From: Nitrospirota bacterium
GTDB taxonomy: Bacteria > Nitrospirota > UBA9217
Direction: 5' to 3'
Assembly (NCBI GenBank): GCA_035623825.1
Contig: DASPSR010000048.1
Span: forward strand, 1 to 64,000
Length of the DNA: 64,000 nucleotides
The number at the start of each line of letters is the position of its first letter. The stretch's first letter is position 1. The position numbers and the translations under genes were made by a program. This document shows, piece by piece, positions 40,095-49,818 of the stretch. The notes beneath the pieces were generated by a model. That model did not search any database. It had not been told where the DNA came from and worked only from the letters and a program-made list of their open reading frames with translations.

Positions 40095-42284
40095 CTATTC
40101 GATTCTTACCGTTATTGCCGTTTCCCAGGATGCGCCCGGCCCTAGCGATAACCGCCAGATGGGCATTACCAGAGAGCTTTGATACACCCGTTCGAACCCG
40201 GATTCAGACTGCGAGACCGTTTCGACGGGTGCACGCCAGAGCACCGCCGGCTGGCTGAAGACGAGAGTGAGTCTCAGCCTCAGCCAGTCATCGACAAGAT
40301 CAACCCGGTTCACGTTGTTCGTCTCTCCGCTCGATGCAAGGTTCCGCTTGTCCAGGGTATGACCCGGGATGTCATAGTACCGGTCGTCGGAGTTCCCTGC
40401 GAGGAGGGAAAAATTGAATTCGGTCCCGAAGGACGTGTTCAACTCATCGTTGCTCAGGTTTGTGATCGAGTACTTGACGACAAATTCCGAGGCACCGGTA
40501 CGGAGGGACAAGTCCTTCCTGAGCCGCACGCTGAGACCAGCCACATTCCCTTCCCGCTCCATTAGAAGTGTCGCACTTCCGTTCGATTTCTTTGTCTTAA
40601 TTCTGTAAGCGCCGAGCACGAAATCACCAGCCTCGTAGTACTCGGATTTCATGAAGCTCGGCAGGTCTACACCCGAACCCAGAAAGTGGTCCAGCAGGGA
40701 GCCACGGGTGTACCAATCATAGAGAAGATGATACTGCAGGCCCTCCTCTTTCACGGACACTCGTTCGTGAATGGTCTTCGCACCGCCGTGTTGAGAACCG
40801 ACTGACCTGTCCTTTACCATCTGGAGAATTTTTTCGTGGTAGCCTTCTTTCCGGCGCGTTAGCGTGTTTGTAAGGTTAAAGGAGCCCGGTTTCCAATCCA
40901 GTTCTGTCAGCCTTCCACCTTCGGCAGGATCGACGAACAGGTTCAGCAACTCGGAGTTTATCATAACCTCATCGTTTCCATCCCTGTCGAAATCCCCTCT
41001 TTCGACCTCGAGCCATGAGACCGGGATATTTTTCCCGTGTTTTCCCTCCCCGTTGCCACTTGCGCCTTGCGACATCTTGTCCGCCAGATATTCTGCCCGG
41101 ATCAGCTGCTCATAGACCGCGGAGCGCAGGTGCGGCAAATACAGCCCACCAAAGACCCCATGCCAGTACGAGTCGTTGCACTGCGACTGATAGAGGTGGT
41201 CGATCATGCGCCCTGTCTCGGCATTCATCCGGGGGCCCCGCGTATCAAGTCCGTTGAGGACATCATGCACTTTGCCACTCACCATCATCATGCGCTTGTG
41301 CATGTGGTTGCTCTCGGAGTACTTGGCAAAAAAGTTTCTCCAGAACCCCCCCTTGACGAATGGCCGCAAGCTAGCGAACTCCGGCGAATTCTTCACCGTG
41401 GCCAGAGCATCATCATACTCCTTCATAGCGCGAGTCGGGAGTGACCATTCGCCCATTTCCATATAGGAGGCTGTGGGAAGATAAATCCTGCCGCGTGCCG
41501 GTTCTTTCGCAATATACTCCGAGAATGTGGTGGGTTCAAGCCACTCTGTGTTCTGTTCGATCAGGGTAAAGAATCGCTCGAGCCAGCCTTCTTCATACAC
41601 GGTGTGGTATGTCTCGGGCCAGACGCCGAACTTCTCCCCGTCGTCCGCCATGACCGCAAGCCGATTCCGCTCAGTCGAGCGGAGGCCGGACAGGAAGGCT
41701 ATCGTTTCCTCGGGCGGATGGAACGGGATCAGATACCGGAGCTTCTCGCTTCCCGGAAAGATCCGCACGACACCGTCCTGCTCTTCGGTGAGGTAGTATC
41801 CGTCCAGGTCGTCATCGCGAAGACCAGCCATTTTGAAATGGAAATCATCAACCACCACATGGCCAATGCCCGCCGCGGCAATGGACTTCGGCAGATGCGG
41901 TTCCCAAACCCGCTCGGCGAGCCACATGCCCTTTGCTTCATGGCCCAGCGTATGGCGGATATAGTCTGATAGCGCGCGGACCTGGCCGATCTTGTCGTCG
42001 TCGGGCAGGACCGCAAGGATCGGCTCGTAGAACCCGCCCGAGAGGACCTCGACCCTGCCCTCGGCCGCGAGCTTCTTTAGCATGTCGATGAACTCAGGAT
42101 GGTGTTTCTCAAAATAATGATAGAGGATGCCGGTGTAGTGCAGTGTTATCTTGATTGACCGGTGCTGCTCCAAGGCCTTGAGAAACGGCAAGTAAGCCTT
42201 CTGATACGCCTCTTCCGCAACAAAATCAAAATTCCCTACGGGCTGATGGTTATGGATCGCGAAGATAAACTGTACTTTGGGCAT
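40095..42284 (-). CDS. GH57 alpha-amylase / 4-alpha-glucanotransferase (DUF1925/DUF1926)
   Basis: HNHQPVGNF, WLAERVW, DDGEKFG, QCNDSYWHGVFGGLY, TVSQSESG. Start at MPKVQF. Confidence 0.93.
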   Translation of the reverse strand: MPKVQFIFAIHNHQPVGNFDFVAEEAYQKAYLPFLKALEQHRSIKITLHYTGILYHYFEKHHPEFIDMLKKLAAEGRVEVLSGGFYEPILAVLPDDDKIGQVRALSDYIRHTLGHEAKGMWLAERVWEPHLPKSIAAAGIGHVVVDDFHFKMAGLRDDDLDGYYLTEEQDGVVRIFPGSEKLRYLIPFHPPEETIAFLSGLRSTERNRLAVMADDGEKFGVWPETYHTVYEEGWLERFFTLIEQNTEWLEPTTFSEYIAKEPARGRIYLPTASYMEMGEWSLPTRAMKEYDDALATVKNSPEFASLRPFVKGGFWRNFFAKYSESNHMHKRMMMVSGKVHDVLNGLDTRGPRMNAETGRMIDHLYQSQCNDSYWHGVFGGLYLPHLRSAVYEQLIRAEYLADKMSQGASGNGEGKHGKNIPVSWLEVERGDFDRDGNDEVMINSELLNLFVDPAEGGRLTELDWKPGSFNLTNTLTRRKEGYHEKILQMVKDRSVGSQHGGAKTIHERVSVKEEGLQYHLLYDWYTRGSLLDHFLGSGVDLPSFMKSEYYEAGDFVLGAYRIKTKKSNGSATLLMEREGNVAGLSVRLRKDLSLRTGASEFVVKYSITNLSNDELNTSFGTEFNFSLLAGNSDDRYYDIPGHTLDKRNLASSGETNNVNRVDLVDDWLRLRLTLVFSQPAVLWRAPVETVSQSESGFERVYQSSLVMPIWRLSLGPGASWETAITVRIE

Positions 42285-42827
42285 CTGTCTGTTTTGAATC
42301 CCGTGATTCCGGATCTTCTTGATGATAATACAGACTGAAATATTAGCCTCATAGGGACGAAAAGTCAATCAAAAACAGGGGCGTAGGGTATTCGATGCCA
42401 CAAGGGATCCCTATATTCCGTGCAGGAACAGGATGTTAACCATGCGGCAGTAATTGTTTCCTTCTGCGGTACATGCTCAGTACAGCGCAATACGACCTGA
42501 CCGGCCCCCACAACCGGATGTCTCCGGCGGGGGGCCCCGATCAGCTGCAGCATTTGTGAGATCTTCATAGGAGAGGCGCATATCGATCTTCGCGGCATGG
42601 AATGCCGGGCATCCACAGGGGCGAATGAAGAAGCCCGCACCCATGCCTTTATCGTTCGTGGGGTCGCGAATCAATGCAAGGCTGCTACGAGAAAAAGAAT
42701 GCGAGCGCTCCGCAGCGCCTGCCACTCGTGGCACGTACCGGAAGCGGGGGGGCGGACGTGAAATTATCGTTAAAACCGGGCACTGGCTAAAGGCTCCATG
42801 CCCCACGCCCTCTGTTCTGCACGCACA

Positions 42828-43559
42828 TTATTCTTTTCTTTCGACCAGTTTTCCAGCGAGGTAGAAAAACATGACCGTGTACACAGAAAGAACAAGCACT
42901 GACACCGTGGGCGGATTGCCGCCCATGGCGAGCGTGCGGAGCAACAGGCTTGCGTGCGTGAGCGGATAGACTAAGATCATGCTCATGAATGGTTCGGGAA
43001 GTTTATCAGGCGAAAAGAATGTGCCTGCCAGAAACGACATGGGGACGATGAAGAAGCTGTTAAAGTTCGCCATATCCTCGTGCGAATGTGCAATCATGGC
43101 CGCCGCGACGCCCATGGCACCGAAACAGAACGCGGTGAGTGCAAGTACAACGAAAAACCCCGCGGAGAGATGCATATGTACGCCCGAGACGAGACCGACG
43201 AGCATCAGCATGAGTGCCGAGAAAACCCCGCGGATCAGACCGATGAACGCCCTGCCCAGGGCAATATCCCAGTGACTGACGGGTGAAACCAGCACCTCTT
43301 CTATCGTCTTCGTATACAATTTGCTGATGTTGAGTGACGTTGAAACCGGACCGAAACTGTTGTTCATTGCAGAAAGAGCAAGGATGCCGGGGAGAACGAA
43401 CTCGAGGTAGGTTCCGCCTCCCACGTTCATCCCTCTGCCGAGCCCCCAGCCGAAGGTTACCAGATAGAGGACCGGCATAACCATGCTCGAGGCCAGGAAT
43501 CGCCACGGTTTCTTGCTGATGAGCATCATCTCTTTCCAGATTATGGGGTAGAAGTTCAT
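42828..43559 (-). CDS. ABC-2 type transporter permease
   Basis: Six TM segments, YLEFVLPGIL, FLAGTFFS, PLTHA. Confidence 0.9.
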   Translation of the reverse strand: MNFYPIIWKEMMLISKKPWRFLASSMVMPVLYLVTFGWGLGRGMNVGGGTYLEFVLPGILALSAMNNSFGPVSTSLNISKLYTKTIEEVLVSPVSHWDIALGRAFIGLIRGVFSALMLMLVGLVSGVHMHLSAGFFVVLALTAFCFGAMGVAAAMIAHSHEDMANFNSFFIVPMSFLAGTFFSPDKLPEPFMSMILVYPLTHASLLLRTLAMGGNPPTVSVLVLSVYTVMFFYLAGKLVERKE

Positions 43560-43733
43560 ACAATCGTTCACTGATCCACGGAGAGATACGAACGCTCTGA
43601 TAGTCATTCCCAGAAGTTCCGATGACCGGTCATGGCGAGGTTGCCCGTTTGACCACTGCTCCGCTGCTCGTGCCCTAAATCGTTGCCGTGGAATTACGGC
43701 ACGGACTTCGTTATCGTCGAGCGGTTTCGCTTT

Positions 43734-44573
43734 TCACGCCTCAATCCGCTCGCCGGTAAGGCTGATGAACACGTCTTCAAGCGTAACATCCCGTACGATG
43801 ATGTCCGAGCACATGCTACGGCCAGCATCAATCGCTTCCTCACGGGTCTGGAAGAACTTGCGCGGAAAATCATGCCTCCCGATACACTCGAGCGAGAATG
43901 CGCCAACTCCTGCTTTGAGCACAGCGGGTCTGTTGAGCGCTATGATCTTGCCGGCGCGCATGATGGCGACACGGTCGCAGAGCGCGTCTGCTTCTTCGAT
44001 ATAGTGTGTGGTCATCAGAATAGTGACCCCGCCGCGCTTGAGCGATTCGATGAGTCCCCAGATCATCCGGCGCGCCTGTGGATCAAGGCCCACGGTGGGT
44101 TCGTCCATGAAGATGACCGCAGGACGGTGCATGAGCCCGCGCGCGATGAGCAGCCTCCTGCGCATCCCGCCGGACAGGTGATCAACGGGCATATCCTTCT
44201 TGTCCCAAAGGCCCACGAAGCGCAAAAGCTCCTCAATCCGGGCCTGCCGATCGGCAGGCAGCATTCTGTGGAGCCTGCCATGGTACTCGAGGTTCTCCGC
44301 GCACGTGAGATCGATGTCGAGGTTCAGCATCTGCGGCACCACACCGATGGAACGTTTGACTCCGAGCGGGTCAGCGGTCACATCGAATCCTGCGACCGAA
44401 GCCGCGCCCGATGTCGGTGACAGCAGTGTGGTCAGCATGCGGATCGTCGTGGTCTTTCCCGCTCCGTTCGGGCCGAGAAGCCCGAAGACCTCACCCCTGA
44501 AAACGGTGAAACTGATGGACTGCACTGCGCCGAGCGTCCCGAAATATTTCGTGAGGTTATTCGTCTCGATCAT
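43734..44573 (-). CDS. ABC transporter ATP-binding protein (NodI/DrrA-like)
   Basis: GPNGAGKTT, LSGGMRRR, DEPTVGLDP, TTHYIEEA. Confidence 0.93.
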   Translation of the reverse strand: MIETNNLTKYFGTLGAVQSISFTVFRGEVFGLLGPNGAGKTTTIRMLTTLLSPTSGAASVAGFDVTADPLGVKRSIGVVPQMLNLDIDLTCAENLEYHGRLHRMLPADRQARIEELLRFVGLWDKKDMPVDHLSGGMRRRLLIARGLMHRPAVIFMDEPTVGLDPQARRMIWGLIESLKRGGVTILMTTHYIEEADALCDRVAIMRAGKIIALNRPAVLKAGVGAFSLECIGRHDFPRKFFQTREEAIDAGRSMCSDIIVRDVTLEDVFISLTGERIEA

Positions 44574-44674
44574 GGGTGAGTGGTCTGTCCCCGGATTAAC
44601 ACTGACGTGCATGATTGGTGAGCCTGCTCATAGTTCAGTTCTGAGGAGCAGCGATCAAAGGGTTTGCCTCAGTC

Positions 44675-46054
44675 CTAGAGTTCGATCGCAAGCGCCTTGA
44701 TCTTCCGGTGCAGATTGCTGCGTTCCACGCCGATGGCATCGGCTGTCCTGCTGACATTACCATCGTTCTCTCTCAGCTTCCGCGATATGAATTCCCGTTC
44801 AAAGGCAGCTCGGGCATCCCGGAGCATGGCGTGGTTCCGCCCCGCTCGACCTTCGCCGAATAGGGCTGGCGCCGGTTTTTCCTGCAGCCACGAACTTATC
44901 GGCGGAGGCACATCCTGGACCCTAATCGCCGGGCCAGGTGCCATAATGACCAGTCGCTCGATTATGTTCCGCAGCTCACGCACGTTACCCGGCCACCGAT
45001 ACCGGACAAAGAGGTCAAGGGCGTCATCATCGATGGTCTTTGTCTTCTGGCCGTATTCAGTCGAGAACTCATGCAGAAAGTGGCGCACAAGCCGCGGAAT
45101 GTCGTCGGTCCGCTCGCGCAGCGGCGGCACCGTGAGGGGGATCACGTTCAGGCGATAGTAGAGGTCCTCGCGAAAAGCTCCTTTTCTGATCTCGTCGGGA
45201 AGGTCCTTGTTCGATGCGGCAATGACCCGCACGTCGGCCTTGAGCGTTTTCAATCCGCCCACGCGCTGGAACTCCTGTCCCTCAAGCACGCGGAGCACTT
45301 TGGCCTGCGTCGCCAAACTCATGTCTGCGACCTCATCGAGAAATATCGTCCCGGCCTGGGCAAGCTCGAACTTGCCGCGTTTCATGCCCGTTGCTCCGGT
45401 GAAGGAGCCCTTTTCATGGCCGAAGAGCTCGCTTTCGATGAGTTCCTGCGGTATCGCGGCGCAGTTCACCTCTACGAAGGGGCCGGATGACCTCCTGCTC
45501 CCGCGGTGAATTGCGCGTGCAACAAGCTCCTTGCCACTGCCACTCTCGCCATGGACGAGTACCCATCCGTTTGTGGGCCCCGCGATCGCGATTTGCTCTT
45601 TGAGCGTTTTAATCTTCTCACTCTCACCCAGAAGCTCGTGGCGGCGGTCAATGCTCAGCCTGAGCGACTTGTTCTCCTCGCGCAAGCGGAACTCTTCAAG
45701 CCCGTGCTTGACAATCAGGGCCAGGTGCTGCAGCTCCGGCGGCTTCACGATGAAATCGTAAGCGCCCATCTTCGTGGTCTTGACCGCCGTCTCTATCGTT
45801 CCATGGCCGGTGACCATAATGACCGGCATGTCCGGCCTGATCTCCTTGAAGAGGCGTAGCGTCTCTATGCCGTCCATCGCGGGCATGGCGATGTCGAGCA
45901 GCGCCAGCGACGGCTGCACCTCGTGGAGGAGATCGACGCCCTCCCTGCCTGATACCGCTGACACGACATCATAGCCTTCGTCTTTCATCGCCCCTGCAAG
46001 GCTGTTCCGAACGCTCTCTTCGTCGTCAACGATGAGTATGATTTCATTAGTCAT
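44675..46054 (-). CDS. sigma54-dependent response regulator (NtrX/NtrC family)
   Basis: Receiver domain (VDDE...LLDIAMP), GESGSGKE, GSFTGA, FREDLYYRL, Fis-type HTH. Confidence 0.93.
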   Translation of the reverse strand: MTNEIILIVDDEESVRNSLAGAMKDEGYDVVSAVSGREGVDLLHEVQPSLALLDIAMPAMDGIETLRLFKEIRPDMPVIMVTGHGTIETAVKTTKMGAYDFIVKPPELQHLALIVKHGLEEFRLREENKSLRLSIDRRHELLGESEKIKTLKEQIAIAGPTNGWVLVHGESGSGKELVARAIHRGSRRSSGPFVEVNCAAIPQELIESELFGHEKGSFTGATGMKRGKFELAQAGTIFLDEVADMSLATQAKVLRVLEGQEFQRVGGLKTLKADVRVIAASNKDLPDEIRKGAFREDLYYRLNVIPLTVPPLRERTDDIPRLVRHFLHEFSTEYGQKTKTIDDDALDLFVRYRWPGNVRELRNIIERLVIMAPGPAIRVQDVPPPISSWLQEKPAPALFGEGRAGRNHAMLRDARAAFEREFISRKLRENDGNVSRTADAIGVERSNLHRKIKALAIEL

Positions 46055-46169
46055 AGGACTCGTGAAGTTCAAATTTCAGGTCAACGTTTCAAAATGGATC
46101 AATGGTTTGTTCTTCCGACACAGACCGACTTGAACTTGATATTGCTTACGGACTGTAACCTTTGGGGTT

Positions 46170-47288
46170 CTATTTCAGTCCTTCCTTCAATTTCTGCACC
46201 ACGGCGTCGATCTCTGCCTCTGTCGTCCTTCTACCAAAGCTGAAGCGTATTGCGCCTCGAGCGAGCACAGGGTCCACGCCCATGGCGGCAAGGACATGCG
46301 ACGGCTCGACCAGTTCACCATGACACGCAGCTCCGGGAGACACTGCCACGCCAGGAAGGGCCTCCATGACCGTAACGGCGTCGAATCCTTCGAAGCTTAT
46401 GTTCCATGTGTTCGGTAGTTTCTTCTCGGGATGGCCGTTGAGATGAACGCTGAGCCCTGACCGCCTGAGCCCCTCATATAACCTGCGGCCGAGCCGCATT
46501 TGGCGAGGCCCTTCGGTCTCAAGAATCGGCGCTGCGACCTCACACGCCACGCCCAGTCCGACAATATACGCCGCGTTCTCCGTGCCCGGTCGCAAGCCCC
46601 GCTCATGGCCAGCACCGTGCATCAAGGGCTCGATCTTTCGACCGCCCTTGATAAACAGCGCTCCGATGCCTTTCGGTGCATAGAACTTGTGCCCGGCTAT
46701 GGTCAGGAAATCAACGTCAAGCTCATGCATCTGCACGCGCACCTTGCCGACAGTCTGGGCAGCATCGGTGTGAAACAGCGCCCCGCGGGATGACGCTATG
46801 CGCGCGAGCTCTGCAATCGGCTGGATGGTGCCGACCTCGTTGTTCGAGTGCATAATCGTAACGAGCACGGTCTTCGGCGTCATGGCTGTGGCGAGATCGT
46901 CGGGATCGACCATCCCGTTCTGGTCCACCGGCAGATACGTGACAGCATATCCCTGTCTCTCAAGATAGCGGCATGGTTCAAGCACCGCGGGGTGTTCGAT
47001 CCGGGAAGTTATGATATGGCTTCCCTTGGGTGATGCGGCAGCAACGCCCTTGATCACCATGTTGTTTGATTCCGTTGCCCCGCTCGTGAAAACGACTTCC
47101 GAGGCCTCACATCCGAGCAGGCCCGCGACCCGCAACCGCGACTGCTCAATGCCTGTCCTGCAGGCGATACCGAAGCTATGGCTGCTCGATGGGTTGCCGT
47201 ATTTATCTTTAAGGTAAGGCAGCATCTCATCGAGCACCCGGGGATCAACCGGGGTACTTGCGTTGTAATCGAGATATATATGCTCCAT
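46170..47288 (-). CDS. PLP-dependent cysteine desulfurase / selenocysteine-lyase-like enzyme (group I)
   Basis: YLDYNASTP, HTDAAQ, AGHKFY (PLP lysine), catalytic SPGAACH. Confidence 0.9.
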   Translation of the reverse strand: MEHIYLDYNASTPVDPRVLDEMLPYLKDKYGNPSSSHSFGIACRTGIEQSRLRVAGLLGCEASEVVFTSGATESNNMVIKGVAAASPKGSHIITSRIEHPAVLEPCRYLERQGYAVTYLPVDQNGMVDPDDLATAMTPKTVLVTIMHSNNEVGTIQPIAELARIASSRGALFHTDAAQTVGKVRVQMHELDVDFLTIAGHKFYAPKGIGALFIKGGRKIEPLMHGAGHERGLRPGTENAAYIVGLGVACEVAAPILETEGPRQMRLGRRLYEGLRRSGLSVHLNGHPEKKLPNTWNISFEGFDAVTVMEALPGVAVSPGAACHGELVEPSHVLAAMGVDPVLARGAIRFSFGRRTTEAEIDAVVQKLKEGLK

Positions 47289-47374
47289 ACGTGTCACAAT
47301 CGGTCCGGGGAATTCAACTCTTCCGGTTACCGACACTTTTCGAAGAGTTTCGCCTCGAACGTTGATCTTTGGAT

Positions 47375-48307
47375 TTATTTCGTTGTAGCCTTTTCAAACA
47401 TCCCCGTCGTCAGATACCGCTCGCCGACATCAGGGAATACGGTAACGACCCTCTTATGCTTCCCGAGGCGTTCTGCGATCTGGAGCGCAGCCCAGCACGC
47501 TGCCCCGGATGAGATGCCTACGAGCAGTCCTTCCTCCTGCGCGAGCCGTCTTGCGGTCTCGGCTGCCTCGTCGTTCGTGACCTTAATGACCTCGTTGTAG
47601 ACCTCGGTATTCAAGATTGCCGGCACGAAACCCGCGCCTATCCCTTGAATGGCGTGACGGCCTGGCTGGCCTCCCGAAAGCACCGGCGATGATGCCGGCT
47701 CAACTGCACACACGAGTATGTTCTTATATTTCTTTCGCAGCACCTCGCCCACGCCCGTGATCGTGCCGCCAGTGCCGACGCCGGCAACGAAGGCATCGAT
47801 CTTTTTCATGCCCATGGCCGCTATGATCTCCTTCGCCGTGGTCCTGCGGTGGACCCGTGGGTTCGCAGGATTGCCGAACTGGTCGGGTTTGAAGTATTCT
47901 TTGCCCGATGCGAGGATCTCGTCGGCTCTTTCGATGGCGCCCTTCATTCCCTTGTCAGCAGGCGTAAGCACCAACTCGGCGCCATAGGCCTCAAGCAGCC
48001 TGCGGCGCTCGACACTCATGGACTCGGGCATGGTAAGAATGACGGCGTAGCCCTTTACTGCGGCGACCATGGCGAGACCGATGCCGGTATTGCCACTTGT
48101 GGGCTCCACGATCTTCATCCCCTTTTTGAGCTTCCCCTTCTTTTCTGCGTCCTCAATCATGGCCAGGGCGGGGCGGTCCTTCACGCTCCCGCCGGGATTG
48201 AACCCCTCCAGCTTTGCCCAGATCTCGGCACCGACAGCGCTCATGCGGGAAAGCCTCACCATCGGCGTGTTCCCGATCAGTTCGACGACGCTTTTCACTT
48301 TTGACAT
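47375..48307 (-). CDS. cysK: Cysteine synthase A
   Basis: [29 protein letters not shown]. Confidence 0.95.
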   Translation of the reverse strand: MSKVKSVVELIGNTPMVRLSRMSAVGAEIWAKLEGFNPGGSVKDRPALAMIEDAEKKGKLKKGMKIVEPTSGNTGIGLAMVAAVKGYAVILTMPESMSVERRRLLEAYGAELVLTPADKGMKGAIERADEILASGKEYFKPDQFGNPANPRVHRRTTAKEIIAAMGMKKIDAFVAGVGTGGTITGVGEVLRKKYKNILVCAVEPASSPVLSGGQPGRHAIQGIGAGFVPAILNTEVYNEVIKVTNDEAAETARRLAQEEGLLVGISSGAACWAALQIAERLGKHKRVVTVFPDVGERYLTTGMFEKATTK

Positions 48308-48360
48308 CGAGCCCTCCCTCGTCTCTCGTTCCGCCTTCCCCGCTGCAACTCACTTCTCTC

Positions 48361-49443
48361 TCATGGTTTCATCGGATGAACCGTCCCTGCAGGAACGGCA
48401 TTGTGTATTGCCTGAACAATATCCTCAACGGAGAGGAGAGCTCCGCCCGGCCTGCCAAAGAACGAGACCACAGCTTTTCCGTTCACCGCGAGCCTCACGT
48501 CCTCGACCATCTGCCCCATGTTCATCTCGACCACGAGGAACCGCTCTATGGTCTCCGCAGCCTTCGCGATAGCCTTATCGGGGAAGGGGAAGAGCGTGAT
48601 CGGCCTGATCAGGCCGGCCTTGATCCCTTCCTGCCGCGCGAGATTCAAGGCAGTCTTGGCGATGCGGGCCGAAGTGCCGAAGGCGACCACCACAATCTCC
48701 GCATCGTCCGTCAGCACGGTCTCATACATGACATCGTGCTCTGCCATGCGTTCGTACTTGGCCTTCAGTTTATAGTTATGCCGCTCAAGCATGCCGTCCT
48801 CACCTGGCAGCATGAAGAGCGATCTGATGACCCTGCCAGGCCTGCCCTTCGCTCCCGTCAGAGCCCACGGTTTGTCCACCCGCTTCGGCTTGATGTCCGG
48901 AAGTTCTACCGGCTCCATCATCTGGCCGAGCACGCCATCGCCAAGGATCATGACGGGGTTGCGGTACTCATCAGCCTTATCAAAAGCGCGGACCGTGAGA
49001 TCCACGACCTCTTGAAGACTTGACGGCGCGTAAACGAGCAGTTTGTAGTCCCCGTGGCCACCGCCCTTCACGGCCTGGAAGTAATCGGCCTGGGACGGCG
49101 AAATGTTGCCCAGACCCGGCCCGCCGCGCTGCATGTTCACGATGACCGCGGGAAGCTCTGATGCCGCCATAAACGAAAGGGCCTCCTGCATGAGACTGAT
49201 CCCGGGGCTCGATGACGAAGTCATGGCGCGCTCACCAACAGCCGCAGCGCCGTAGACCATGTTGATCGCCGCGATCTCGCTCTCGGCCTGGACAAAGGTA
49301 CCGCCCACTTCAGGCAGCCGGCGCGACAGGTATTCCGGAATCTCGTTCTGCGGCGTTATGGGGTAGCCGAAATAGCGCCTGCAACCTGCACGTACTGCTG
49401 CTTCGGCCAATGCTTCATTTCCAGTTATGAGAACTCTTGGCAT
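48361..49443 (-). CDS. vorB: 2-oxoacid:ferredoxin oxidoreductase alpha-type subunit (VorB-like)
   Basis: GYPITPQ, QAESE, SSSPGISL, QRGGPGLG. Confidence 0.85.
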   Translation of the reverse strand: MPRVLITGNEALAEAAVRAGCRRYFGYPITPQNEIPEYLSRRLPEVGGTFVQAESEIAAINMVYGAAAVGERAMTSSSSPGISLMQEALSFMAASELPAVIVNMQRGGPGLGNISPSQADYFQAVKGGGHGDYKLLVYAPSSLQEVVDLTVRAFDKADEYRNPVMILGDGVLGQMMEPVELPDIKPKRVDKPWALTGAKGRPGRVIRSLFMLPGEDGMLERHNYKLKAKYERMAEHDVMYETVLTDDAEIVVVAFGTSARIAKTALNLARQEGIKAGLIRPITLFPFPDKAIAKAAETIERFLVVEMNMGQMVEDVRLAVNGKAVVSFFGRPGGALLSVEDIVQAIHNAVPAGTVHPMKP

Positions 49444-49611
49444 GGAATCGCCACCTCGATCTTCTTCGTTTTCTAGGCAGGCTGTTTATCACAGCCACGT
49501 CGGGCCCGCAGCTTGCGCTGAATGTCAAGAAATTCCAAATCACGCATATGAAACCGTTTCGTCGTTGGCATGCACTGTGTTCAAACCTGCAGGGATATTC
49601 GCATTGCCATC

Positions 49612-49818
49612 CTACTTCCAGACTTCTATCGCCACATCAGGGCACATCTCCGCACAGAGTGCGCAGCCAGTGCACATGCCCTCCTCGCCACAGAACTCCA
49701 CGACATAGTATCCACTCTTGTTGAAGCTCTCCCCTTTTTTCAAGAGCTTCTTTGCGCACGCCGTCGTGCAAAGCTCGCATCCCTTGCAGAATTCCCTGGT
49801 TATAACAACCTTTGCCAC
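49612..49818 (-). CDS. 2x[4Fe-4S] ferredoxin (oxidoreductase delta subunit)
   Basis: CKGCELCTTAC and CTGCALCAEMCP. Confidence 0.9.
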   Translation of the reverse strand: MAKVVITREFCKGCELCTTACAKKLLKKGESFNKSGYYVVEFCGEEGMCTGCALCAEMCPDVAIEVWK

